NCBI GenBank assembly: GCA_049968235.1 | Contig: JBMFRC010000031.1 | Coordinates: 1-24,838, forward strand | From: Candidatus Hydrogenedens sp. | GTDB taxonomy: Bacteria > Hydrogenedentota > Hydrogenedentia > Hydrogenedentales > Hydrogenedentaceae | Reading direction: 5' to 3' | DNA: 24,838 bases | Shown: piece by piece, positions 8,758-17,120 of the stretch | Layout of the letters: each line of letters opens with the position of its first letter | Numbering within the stretch: position 1 is the stretch's first letter | Program-made: the position numbers and the translations under genes | Notes under the pieces: model-generated | The model's database searches: none | The model's input: the letters and a program-made list of their open reading frames with translations, nothing else | Told to the model about the DNA's origin: nothing

Positions 8758-9378
8758 TTATGGTAAATTTATAAATGCTCTACATGGGGAGCCATCGGAA
8801 CCAACAACGGCAAGGGGTAAAACTACAAATTCATAATGTCCCTCAGGAATTTTTTCTAATCGTAATCCTTCCACAATAAAAACATTATTTTTTAGCAGTA
8901 TTTCATGGGTGGGTCGCGATTGCTTATAGGGGGCAATGGAAAGATAATCAATACCAACAAGTCGAATACCTTTATCCACCAGTAGTTGAGCAGAATCCGG
9001 GAGCAGGGCAAGAAATTCAGTATGAAAATCCCCTATAGTAGCAAAAGACGAATTTTTAGTTTTGAATAATACCCGAGATGAAATTATTTCTATATCTTTT
9101 AATTTTTCTGCATTAATATGTTCATCATATTCCCACTCTATGACCTGTGCCATCCCGAAAAATACAGATGGGTCAACCTCATGTAATTTTTTACCATTCT
9201 CTACAAAATGCCACGGAGCATCACAATGAGTTCCAGTATGGGTTGATAGATGTAAAAATGATGTATTCGCATTAGCTCCATTAGCAATCCTGCGGTCTGG
9301 CTCAAATGTGAAATTCAAATCACCTGGCCAGACAGTCATACCAACTTGTAAAGGGATACTTACATCAATCCAGGACAT
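8758..9378 (-). CDS. Cyclase family protein (kynurenine formamidase-like metal-dependent hydrolase)
   Basis: HTGTHCDAPWHF matches the HxGTHxDxPxH cyclase/KynB motif. ORF track starts at 9393, but the second in-frame ATG (9376-9378) has an AAGGAG SD 6 nt upstream, so I prefer it (206 aa). Confidence 0.75.
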   Translation of the reverse strand: MSWIDVSIPLQVGMTVWPGDLNFTFEPDRRIANGANANTSFLHLSTHTGTHCDAPWHFVENGKKLHEVDPSVFFGMAQVIEWEYDEHINAEKLKDIEIISSRVLFKTKNSSFATIGDFHTEFLALLPDSAQLLVDKGIRLVGIDYLSIAPYKQSRPTHEILLKNNVFIVEGLRLEKIPEGHYEFVVLPLAVVGSDGSPCRAFINLP

Positions 9379-9538
9379 AAAATTCTCCTTCATTTAATAT
9401 ATTCTTTCAAAGGAAATATAAATTAGTTAGCTAAACCAATATAGTATATTATAAATTCCTTTATATTTATGTTAAAATTTAATTATACTTACTTGTTAAT
9501 GCAAATAATGTTTGTTACAAGAGGTGAGGAATCTAACT

Positions 9539-10636
9539 ATGCCAGAATTGTTAAAAATTTTAGGGTATGCTGTGAAGGTAGGAGCGTCGGATGTTCATCT
9601 AACAGTAGGAAGTCCCCCTGCGGTTCGAATAGATGGAGAGATACGGTTTATACAGGCAGACCCGTTATCCCCTGCGGATACACAAAATTTTGCGGAAGAA
9701 ATGCTCAATCCAAAACAAAAGGATATATTTTATGATACGGGCGATTTTGACCTGGCATATAGCGTTTCCGGATTGGGTCGGTTCCGTGTAAATTTGATGA
9801 GACAACGAGGTTCCATTAGTATTGTTATGCGACATGTGAAAGGGAAAATATTAGACTTCACATCGTTAAATTTACCTCCTGTCATGGAGAAGATAGCCAA
9901 TTTCCCAAGAGGTTTGGTATTAATTACAGGGACAACTGGTAGCGGAAAATCTACAACACTTGCATCTATTATTGATTATATTAATGAACGGAAACGACTG
10001 CATATTATCACTCTGGAAGACCCCATTGAATTTTTACATACAAACAAGAAAAGTATTGTAAACCAGCGAGAAGTGTTGATAGATACACGGGACTTTCATG
10101 TCGCACTTCGTGCAGCGATGCGTGAAGACCCGGATGTGATACTTATCGGCGAGATGCGTGATGGCGAATCCTTTCAGGCGGCAATTTCTGCAGCGGAAAC
10201 GGGACACCTGGTTTTTACCACATTACATACGACGAATGCAATGTTGACCATAGACCGCATTTTGGATATGTTCCCTTCCAATATGCATGACCAGGTGCGA
10301 AATCAAATAGCCTTACAGTTGAAAGCATGTATTTCCCAGAGGCTTGTTCCTTCTATTGATGGGCGTGGGCGAGTTCCTGCTGTAGAGGTCATGTTAAATA
10401 ATCCGGGAATATCACAACTCATTCGCGAAAATAATGTAAAGCAAATTCCATTAGCAATTATTAACGGTGCCGAAGATGGTATGCAAACCTTTAATATGAG
10501 TTTGGAAGACCTTATTCGTCGCAAACTTATTAAAGAAGAAGATGCTATGTGGAATTCTGATAATCCGGATGAATTAAAAATGATGTTACAGGGTATAAAG
10601 TTAAGCCAACAAAGAGGTGGAATATTGAAGAGATAA
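9539..10636 (+). CDS. pilT: Type IV pilus retraction ATPase PilT (twitching motility protein)
   Basis: Walker A GTTGSGKST, Asp box GEMRD, His box TLHTT, and PilT-specific GISQLIRENN (AIRNLIRE-type) motif; ATG at 9539 with GAGGTGAGG SD 9 nt upstream (track ORF begins at an upstream TTG 9512). No other pilus genes in window. Confidence 0.85.
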   Translation: MPELLKILGYAVKVGASDVHLTVGSPPAVRIDGEIRFIQADPLSPADTQNFAEEMLNPKQKDIFYDTGDFDLAYSVSGLGRFRVNLMRQRGSISIVMRHVKGKILDFTSLNLPPVMEKIANFPRGLVLITGTTGSGKSTTLASIIDYINERKRLHIITLEDPIEFLHTNKKSIVNQREVLIDTRDFHVALRAAMREDPDVILIGEMRDGESFQAAISAAETGHLVFTTLHTTNAMLTIDRILDMFPSNMHDQVRNQIALQLKACISQRLVPSIDGRGRVPAVEVMLNNPGISQLIRENNVKQIPLAIINGAEDGMQTFNMSLEDLIRRKLIKEEDAMWNSDNPDELKMMLQGIKLSQQRGGILKR

Positions 10637-10780
10637 TAAGTGTAGTAGAAAAAGAACTGGACGAAAGATATTTGGGAGTTAAGTCCTTTTTTTTGTAATT
10701 TTTTTGTGAGATTTTTTATCATTCTTTCCATTCTATTTATTTTACAATCTTTAATTGCAACGGAAGAAAGGGAAATATAT

Positions 10781-11848
10781 ATGCCAAAGAAGAAAGAGCC
10801 ATTAAAGGTAGGTGTAATTGGCTGCGGAGCCATAGCCCAGGAAAGGCATTTGCCATATTGGCATGAATTGGAAGAAGAAGGACGGATAGTTGTTACAGGC
10901 TTATGCGATGCTATAAAAGAACGACCTGAAAGGGAATCTAAATTATTTAAACAGGCAAAGGTCTTTACCGATTATATCGACATGTTAAAGAAAGAGAAAT
11001 TTGACATTATTGATATTTGCACACAGAACCGACTTCATGCTCCGATGACTTTATTCGCACTCAATGCAGGTGCTAATGTTTTGGTTGAAAAACCCATTGC
11101 CATGAATACTGCAGAGGCAAAAAAGATGGTGGACACTGCAACGAAAAACAAAAAGAAGTTGATGGTTGCACAACATATGCGATTTGAGGCAGGGGCGGAA
11201 AAATTAAAGGAAATGGTAGATAAAGGGATATTAGGAAAGGTTTATACCGCAGAGGCAAAATGGCTTCGTAAACGGGGGATACCGGGCTGGGGGAAGTTTC
11301 ATATCGCCAAAGAATCCCGCGGTGGTCCTTTAATAGATATAGGTGTCCACATGATGGACTTATGTTTCTGGTTGATGGGCTGTCCCGAACCTATATCTGC
11401 CTCTGCAAAAGTATATCGTATGTTTGGAGACCGACCCGACCTGTTCAATGCAGATTGGGGTGTGCCATATAATGTTAAGGAATTTGATGTAGAGGACTAT
11501 GCAACCGGATTGGTTCGTTTCGAAAATGATATAACCATGCAAATTAGTTTTTCATGGGCGGCAAATATTCCCGAAGAAGTTTATAATGTAACTGTATTAG
11601 GTGATAAAGCAGGGCTAACGACACATCCACCCGGTATTTATTCCGCAGACCATTCTTCTCTCACTCGCTACACATGGGATTGGTTATCTCAAGAAGATGG
11701 ACATCGCAAAGAAATACGACATTTTACAGAATGTATTGAAGAGGACAAACCGGTTATTGTTCAGCCGGAGCAATCATTACAGATTCAGAAGATTATTGAT
11801 GCTTTATATGAATCTTCAAAAAAGGATAAAGAAGTACCTATCCGTTAG
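10781..11848 (+). CDS. Gfo/Idh/MocA family NAD(P)-dependent oxidoreductase
   Basis: N-terminal Rossmann KVGVIGCGAIAQERHLPYW and the EKP motif (VLVEKPIA) typical of Gfo/Idh/MocA. ATG 10781 with GGAAGAAAGGGAA SD; track ORF extends to GTG 10706 through T-rich DNA (probably artefactual). Confidence 0.8.
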   Translation: MPKKKEPLKVGVIGCGAIAQERHLPYWHELEEEGRIVVTGLCDAIKERPERESKLFKQAKVFTDYIDMLKKEKFDIIDICTQNRLHAPMTLFALNAGANVLVEKPIAMNTAEAKKMVDTATKNKKKLMVAQHMRFEAGAEKLKEMVDKGILGKVYTAEAKWLRKRGIPGWGKFHIAKESRGGPLIDIGVHMMDLCFWLMGCPEPISASAKVYRMFGDRPDLFNADWGVPYNVKEFDVEDYATGLVRFENDITMQISFSWAANIPEEVYNVTVLGDKAGLTTHPPGIYSADHSSLTRYTWDWLSQEDGHRKEIRHFTECIEEDKPVIVQPEQSLQIQKIIDALYESSKKDKEVPIR

Positions 11849-11927
11849 TGGATTATTTGAAGTTGTTTTTTATTCATGATAATATGATGTTTATGGTTTA
11901 AACATAGAGAACATAAGGAGTAAAGAT

Positions 11928-13526
11928 ATGGCTACATCTAAAAATAAAATCGTATATCTTGTGAATAATGGTGATTTTCGAGATACAGCATGTCGTGTCG
12001 GTTGGCCTATGCAGGAAAAGACACTGGATTTGCTACAAAAAGCACTGAAGAAATTGGGATACAATACTCGAGTACTACCCCAATATGATGACAGGAAAAA
12101 GCACGGCTTTATTACAAAACAATGTGAGGGTGTCCAGGTTTTCTCTCAAATGGAATCGGATGCTCCGGTAATTGTAGTTCTGAATATCTGGGCATATTCC
12201 CACCATGTTTCGGGTCCATTACAAACACATCGAGGACCTGTGCTTTTACTGGCAAATTTCGATGGAACATGGCCCGGTTTGGTGGCTTTACTCAATCATT
12301 CAGCAACTTTAGACCGATTAAATGTGCCACATTCGCGGTTATGGAGTGAAACATTTTCAGATGACCCGGTGTTTATGAAAAAATTGAAAGAATGGTTAGA
12401 CACCGGTAAGGTTATCCACGATTTGAGTCATCTTACCGATGCAGAAAAACTTAATTTGCCTTCATCATCGGAAGAATTTGGGAAAAAACTGGCAGAAGAT
12501 ATTTTGCGAAATCGGCGTATTATGGGACAATTCGACCCGGGTTGTATGGGAATGTTAAATGCTGTGATGGACCCGGCAAAATTGGGTGCTGTCGGTTTAC
12601 CGATTGAATATTTAAACCAATCCGATTTGTTAGCAGAGATGAACCTTGTAAGTGATGAAGAAGCACAAAAACATCTGGATTGGTTGGTAAAGAAAGGAAC
12701 ATGGTTTGATTGGGGTACAAACAAATTTACAGATCTGGTATATGACCAGGTCCTTTCACAAATGAAAATGTATAGTTCCGCCGTGCGTATGGTAGCCCGT
12801 TATGGTCTAAGTGCAATAGGTATCCCATACCAGTATGGGTTGGTTCGCTGTTGTCCTGCTTCGGATCTGGTTGAGGGAATGTTGAATAATTCCGACCGTC
12901 CACCGGTTAAAGACCCTGAAACGAAGAAAATTATTCGTGATGGACAGCCCATAGTTCATTTTAACGAAGGAGATATAGGTGCGGGCATTCCCCAATTATT
13001 GTTATGTGAGATTTATTCCCGCAAGAAAATGCCACCTGAAACTACTTTACATGATGTCCGCTGGGGTAGGAATTTTGAAGGAAAATTTCTGTGGGTATTT
13101 TTGATTTCCGGAGGTGCACCACCAGCACACTTCGGTGGCTGGAAAAACACAAAGGTATATCGCCAACCACCAATGTATTTCCCATTAGGTGGTGGTACTT
13201 GCTCCGGTGTATCCAAGCCAGGAGTGATTACATGGGCACGTGCCTATGAAGCAGGTGGAAAATTGGGCATGGATTGTGGTCTTGGCGAAGTAGTTGAAGT
13301 ACCGGAAGAAGAATTACAGGATAGACTAGATAGAACCACACCGCAATGGCCTATTGCCAATGTCCATATCCCAGGATATGACCGAGACCAACTAATGGCA
13401 TCGCACATGTCCAACCATATCGTAATGGGATATGGTGATGTGCTGGCAGAACTTATTGCGACCTGCCGTTCATTAGGTATTTCAACACGCGTTGCCGGCG
13501 ATGCTCGTTCAAAATTTAAGAAGTAA
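11928..13526 (+). CDS. L-fucose isomerase/L-arabinose isomerase-like (COG2407-type) protein, function unknown
   Basis: 532 aa; N-terminal KIVYLVNNGDFRD... and C-terminal SNHIVMGYGDVLAELIATCRSLGI resemble FucI N-terminal (IGIRPVIDGRR) and C-terminal ([25 protein letters not shown]) regions; AAGGAG SD 7 nt upstream. Confidence 0.55.
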   Translation: MATSKNKIVYLVNNGDFRDTACRVGWPMQEKTLDLLQKALKKLGYNTRVLPQYDDRKKHGFITKQCEGVQVFSQMESDAPVIVVLNIWAYSHHVSGPLQTHRGPVLLLANFDGTWPGLVALLNHSATLDRLNVPHSRLWSETFSDDPVFMKKLKEWLDTGKVIHDLSHLTDAEKLNLPSSSEEFGKKLAEDILRNRRIMGQFDPGCMGMLNAVMDPAKLGAVGLPIEYLNQSDLLAEMNLVSDEEAQKHLDWLVKKGTWFDWGTNKFTDLVYDQVLSQMKMYSSAVRMVARYGLSAIGIPYQYGLVRCCPASDLVEGMLNNSDRPPVKDPETKKIIRDGQPIVHFNEGDIGAGIPQLLLCEIYSRKKMPPETTLHDVRWGRNFEGKFLWVFLISGGAPPAHFGGWKNTKVYRQPPMYFPLGGGTCSGVSKPGVITWARAYEAGGKLGMDCGLGEVVEVPEEELQDRLDRTTPQWPIANVHIPGYDRDQLMASHMSNHIVMGYGDVLAELIATCRSLGISTRVAGDARSKFKK

Positions 13527-13640
13527 TACTGTACTTTACACGATTAGATAGTTTGTGATATATAATTACACAGGACAGATTTTTAATCTATCCTTTTTTA
13601 TAAAAATTTTTATCGATTTTGGAATATATGTAACAGGCTT

Positions 13641-14636
13641 TTATTTTTGTTTTTTTTCGCTCATTAAGAGGACAAATTTCTTAAATATTTGCGGGTCTAA
13701 CTCATCACTCATTTTTTCTTTCATGAGTTTTAATGCATCAAATGAAGAAAAAGCATTTTTATAACTCCGTCGGGTAGTTAGTGCATCAAAAATGTCTGCT
13801 ATTGCAGATACCCGTGCATAGATACTAATCTCATCCCCTTTTAATTTATCCGGATAACCATTTCCGGTTAATTTCTCATGATGGTGCAGAACTACATCCA
13901 ATTGCAACTCATCTTTCAGTCCCTGCTCCTGCGTCAAAATTTTATAGCCATATTCCGGATGTTTTTTCATTTGTTCAAACTGCTCTTCAGACAATTTCCC
14001 AGGAAAGTTTACAATATTAGGGTCCACCTGGCATTTACCAATATCATGTAATAAAGAACCTATACCAAAGCGGAGCAATTCATCATCTGGGAAATTTAGT
14101 TCTTTTGCAAGGAATACACTGAAAATCCCTACATTAACAGAATGGGTATGTGTGTAATAGTCAAAGTTTGTAACTCTTAACATACATTTAAAAGCAGTAG
14201 GTTCATGAAATATGAAATCTAAAGTATTTTCAACCAAATTACGAGAACGGGGCAAAAGTTCACCGGAACGAGGGTCATCTAACATTTCTTTAATTGCCTG
14301 AGTTGTAACGGAATAAAGAACCTCTGTTCGTTTTTGTACGGGAACATTGTTATCCGAGAGAATCTCTCTTAGATGCGTTTCAAGATAACGTTTATATTCT
14401 CTTTTATTTTCGGAACGGATATATAAAGTTTCAATACCCTGCTCGCGTAGTCGTACCATGTCATTTTCTGAAATAGGTAACCTTTTTGACCGATACAGAA
14501 CAGGGGCTTTATTCCGGTTGATTCGCAAATATAAATCGAAATCTAATATTTTATTTATCTGTAATAAGGAGATAGGAATGGGAAAATAATCTTTTTGAGA
14601 GTCAGTTATTTCCTCTACTTTTTGAGTATCTTCCAT
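13641..14636 (-). CDS. HD-GYP domain c-di-GMP phosphodiesterase with DUF3391-like N-terminal domain
   Basis: HDIGK and HHHEKLTGNGYPD (HD and GYP motifs). Start taken at the internal ATG (MEDTQK) with AAGGGAAG SD; track ORF begins 7 codons upstream at a TTG. Confidence 0.85.
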   Translation of the reverse strand: MEDTQKVEEITDSQKDYFPIPISLLQINKILDFDLYLRINRNKAPVLYRSKRLPISENDMVRLREQGIETLYIRSENKREYKRYLETHLREILSDNNVPVQKRTEVLYSVTTQAIKEMLDDPRSGELLPRSRNLVENTLDFIFHEPTAFKCMLRVTNFDYYTHTHSVNVGIFSVFLAKELNFPDDELLRFGIGSLLHDIGKCQVDPNIVNFPGKLSEEQFEQMKKHPEYGYKILTQEQGLKDELQLDVVLHHHEKLTGNGYPDKLKGDEISIYARVSAIADIFDALTTRRSYKNAFSSFDALKLMKEKMSDELDPQIFKKFVLLMSEKKQK

Positions 14637-14973
14637 TATGCTTCCCTTAACGAACAACAGACCTTATTTTATTATATTTTAACATATGCAAAATAAAAAA
14701 TATTTACTTCCAGTAGAAATATGTAAATTAAGTATTTGAAGATTTGAGTAATTACGAAATATTGTAAACAATTTCATGGGTTCTATTCCATCGTAATATC
14801 CCTGACAATACTTAATGAAAATCTTTTTATGCCCCTACCTATATATATTCTGTATATATTAAGAAGATGTTTTTCATATATTATTTTTGCTATAATTAGT
14901 CCTTAAAATTTCTACAATCATTGATTTTATTGAGTTTTATTTTTAAAATCTTAACCTATGGGAGATTTTCTTT

Positions 14974-16053
14974 ATGGCAACTTATCGTATTGCTCTATTA
15001 CCGGGTGATGGAACAGGTCCCGAAGTATTGAGAGAAGGTGTAAAAGTATTAAATGCGGTAGCACAAAAGTTAGGATTTTCTATAGATACAGTAGAATATG
15101 ATTTTGGTGGTGAACGATATTTGAAGACAGGGGAAGTTCTCCCTGATTCCGCCTTAGATGAATTAAAGAAGTTTGATGCTATTTATTTAGGAGCCATAGG
15201 ACATCCGGATGTTAAACCGGGCATTCTGGAGAAAGGAATTTTACTCCGGTTACGTTTTGAATTAGACCAATATATCAACCTTCGACCGGTAAAGTTGTAT
15301 CCCAATGTGTATACACCCATTAAAGACAAAGGACCCAGAGATATTGACTTTGTCGTCGTTCGTGAAAATACAGGTGGACTATATACAGGATGTGGCGGAT
15401 TTCAGAAGAAAGGGACTCCTCACGAGGTAGCTATTCAAGAGAGCGTTTATACACGTTTTGAAGTGGACCGTTGTTTGAAATATGCATTTGAATTAACACG
15501 AAAACGAAATAAAGACAAGAAATTAACTCTGGTCGGAAAAACAAATGTGTTGACATTCGTCTTTGATTTATGGGAACGTGCATTCCATGAGATGGGTAAA
15601 AAAGAGTACCCAGACATTACACGCGATTATGCTCATGTTGATGCGACGACTATGTGGATGGTAAAAAATCCAGAATGGTTTGATGTGCTTGTTACGGATA
15701 ATATGTTTGGCGACATTATTACCGATTTAGGCGCCATGATACAGGGAGGAATGGGAGTTGCCGCAGGTGGGAATATCAACCCGGAAGGTGTCTCCATGTT
15801 CGAGCCAATCGGTGGTAGTGCCCCTAAATATACCGGAATGAACATTATTAATCCTATTGCCTGTATATTAGCCGGACAGATGTTATTAGACCATATCGGT
15901 GAAAACAAAGGGGCGGAAATACTGGAACAGGCAGTAATAAAGTTTTTTGAATCCAGAGCATTGCCCGGTTTATCTGCAAAGGAGATTAAGGAATCGGGCT
16001 GGTCAACGACCCGGATTGGCGATGCTATTGCGGATTATGTAGCAAAGATATAA
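14974..16053 (+). CDS. Isocitrate/isopropylmalate dehydrogenase family enzyme (3-isopropylmalate or tartrate dehydrogenase-like)
   Basis: 359 aa; ALLPGDGTGPEV N-terminal motif, NLRP, and GSAPKYTG blocks typical of LeuB/TtuC beta-decarboxylating dehydrogenases; stand-alone (no leuA/C/D nearby), so substrate uncertain. Confidence 0.8.
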   Translation: MATYRIALLPGDGTGPEVLREGVKVLNAVAQKLGFSIDTVEYDFGGERYLKTGEVLPDSALDELKKFDAIYLGAIGHPDVKPGILEKGILLRLRFELDQYINLRPVKLYPNVYTPIKDKGPRDIDFVVVRENTGGLYTGCGGFQKKGTPHEVAIQESVYTRFEVDRCLKYAFELTRKRNKDKKLTLVGKTNVLTFVFDLWERAFHEMGKKEYPDITRDYAHVDATTMWMVKNPEWFDVLVTDNMFGDIITDLGAMIQGGMGVAAGGNINPEGVSMFEPIGGSAPKYTGMNIINPIACILAGQMLLDHIGENKGAEILEQAVIKFFESRALPGLSAKEIKESGWSTTRIGDAIADYVAKI

Positions 16054-16119
16054 ATTTGATTATTAACAGAAATGAAGATAAAATAGGGGGCATATTTTTG
16101 AAGGTGATATGGGAAATTT

Positions 16120-17043
16120 ATGTCTCAAAAAAATAGAGCAGGGATAGCGCTTTCTTTATCTATACTCGGTTGGTCTTTTTCTCCTATATTTATCCGATAC
16201 CTTCAGGATGCCTATGACCCTTTTACACAGGCAGGGATAAGATATGCCGGAGCGGTTCTTTTTCTTGTGCCTTATTGCCTTTTATTTTACAGAGCCAGTT
16301 TCAAAAAGGCTTTATTGAAACCTCTTCCCACATTAATTCTATCTATTACCAATGTTGTTATGCAGTCTGCTTGGACAATAGGGATATATTATTCTACCGC
16401 AAGTTTGGGACAGATTTTAGTAAAGATACAGATACCTATCGTGGCGTTTTTTTCGTTTCTTGTTTTTGCAGAAGAACGCTCACTCATCAAAAATCCACGA
16501 TTTATCATCGGTTCTATTCTGGGAATTTTAGGTTCTGTTTTATTGATATACAACCCCTCTGCCATTGATGAGTTTCCTTATTTATATCGTGCTGTGCTCT
16601 CCTTATTTCTATCTGCTTTCTTATGGGGTATTTATTGTGTATATGGTAAATACACTGTGGAACGGGAACTTCATCCTATCCCTATGTTCGGTGTTATTTC
16701 GATATACACTACAATAGGATTATTACTTTTGGGTTATTTTCTGGGTAATCCTGAGAAAGCGATACATGCAGCCGTTTCCATCCATCTTATAGCCCTGTTT
16801 TCAGGTCTTCTCCCCATTGCAGTAGCCCACTCCTCCTTTCACTATGCCCAATGGCATTTAGGTTCTGCCTTTTGTAATACCTTATTAACATTAAATCCAT
16901 TGATTACCCATTTTTTTGCGGTGTTGTTATGGAAAAATGAACATTTATCTTTAGTTCAATGGATAGGAACAGTGGTATTACTTTTGGGGTGTGTTCTTGT
17001 TTTATCTACACAATCAACTATGAAAACGCAATCCCCTGAATAA
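16120..17043 (+). CDS. EamA/DMT superfamily transporter
   Basis: 307 aa, about 10 predicted hydrophobic helices, two-repeat EamA-like organisation. Confidence 0.7.
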   Translation: MSQKNRAGIALSLSILGWSFSPIFIRYLQDAYDPFTQAGIRYAGAVLFLVPYCLLFYRASFKKALLKPLPTLILSITNVVMQSAWTIGIYYSTASLGQILVKIQIPIVAFFSFLVFAEERSLIKNPRFIIGSILGILGSVLLIYNPSAIDEFPYLYRAVLSLFLSAFLWGIYCVYGKYTVERELHPIPMFGVISIYTTIGLLLLGYFLGNPEKAIHAAVSIHLIALFSGLLPIAVAHSSFHYAQWHLGSAFCNTLLTLNPLITHFFAVLLWKNEHLSLVQWIGTVVLLLGCVLVLSTQSTMKTQSPE

Positions 17044-17051
17044 TAAAAAGG

Positions 17052-17085
17052 TGCCGTATATTTGAGAACTCTCAAATATACGGCA
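17052..17085. terminator. Bidirectional rho-independent terminator (16-bp perfect inverted repeat, 2-nt centre)
   Basis: TGCCGTATATTTGAGA-ac-TCTCAAATATACGGCA between convergent EamA (+) and Gfo/Idh/MocA (-) genes; T-rich flank CTTTTTATTA on the minus-strand side, weaker AATTTAT on plus side. Confidence 0.55.
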
Positions 17086-17120
17086 GAATTTATAGGTAAA
17101 ATCCCCATCCTCGGGGATTG

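Noticed and set aside
10706-10780. Signal-peptide-like N-terminal extension (MRFFIILSILFILQSLIA) of the Gfo/Idh/MocA ORF starting at GTG 10706
   Set aside because: Arises from translating a T-rich spacer (T-runs give Phe/Leu/Ile); no SD before the GTG whereas ATG 10781 has a good SD directly before the Rossmann motif.
13527-13640. Possible terminator between convergent FucI-like and HD-GYP genes (GATAG-N36-CTATC followed by T6 and an AT palindrome TTTTTTATAAAAA)
   Set aside because: Stem is only 5 bp with a very large loop and no GC-rich stem; too weak to call, although termination in AT-rich genomes can use such elements.
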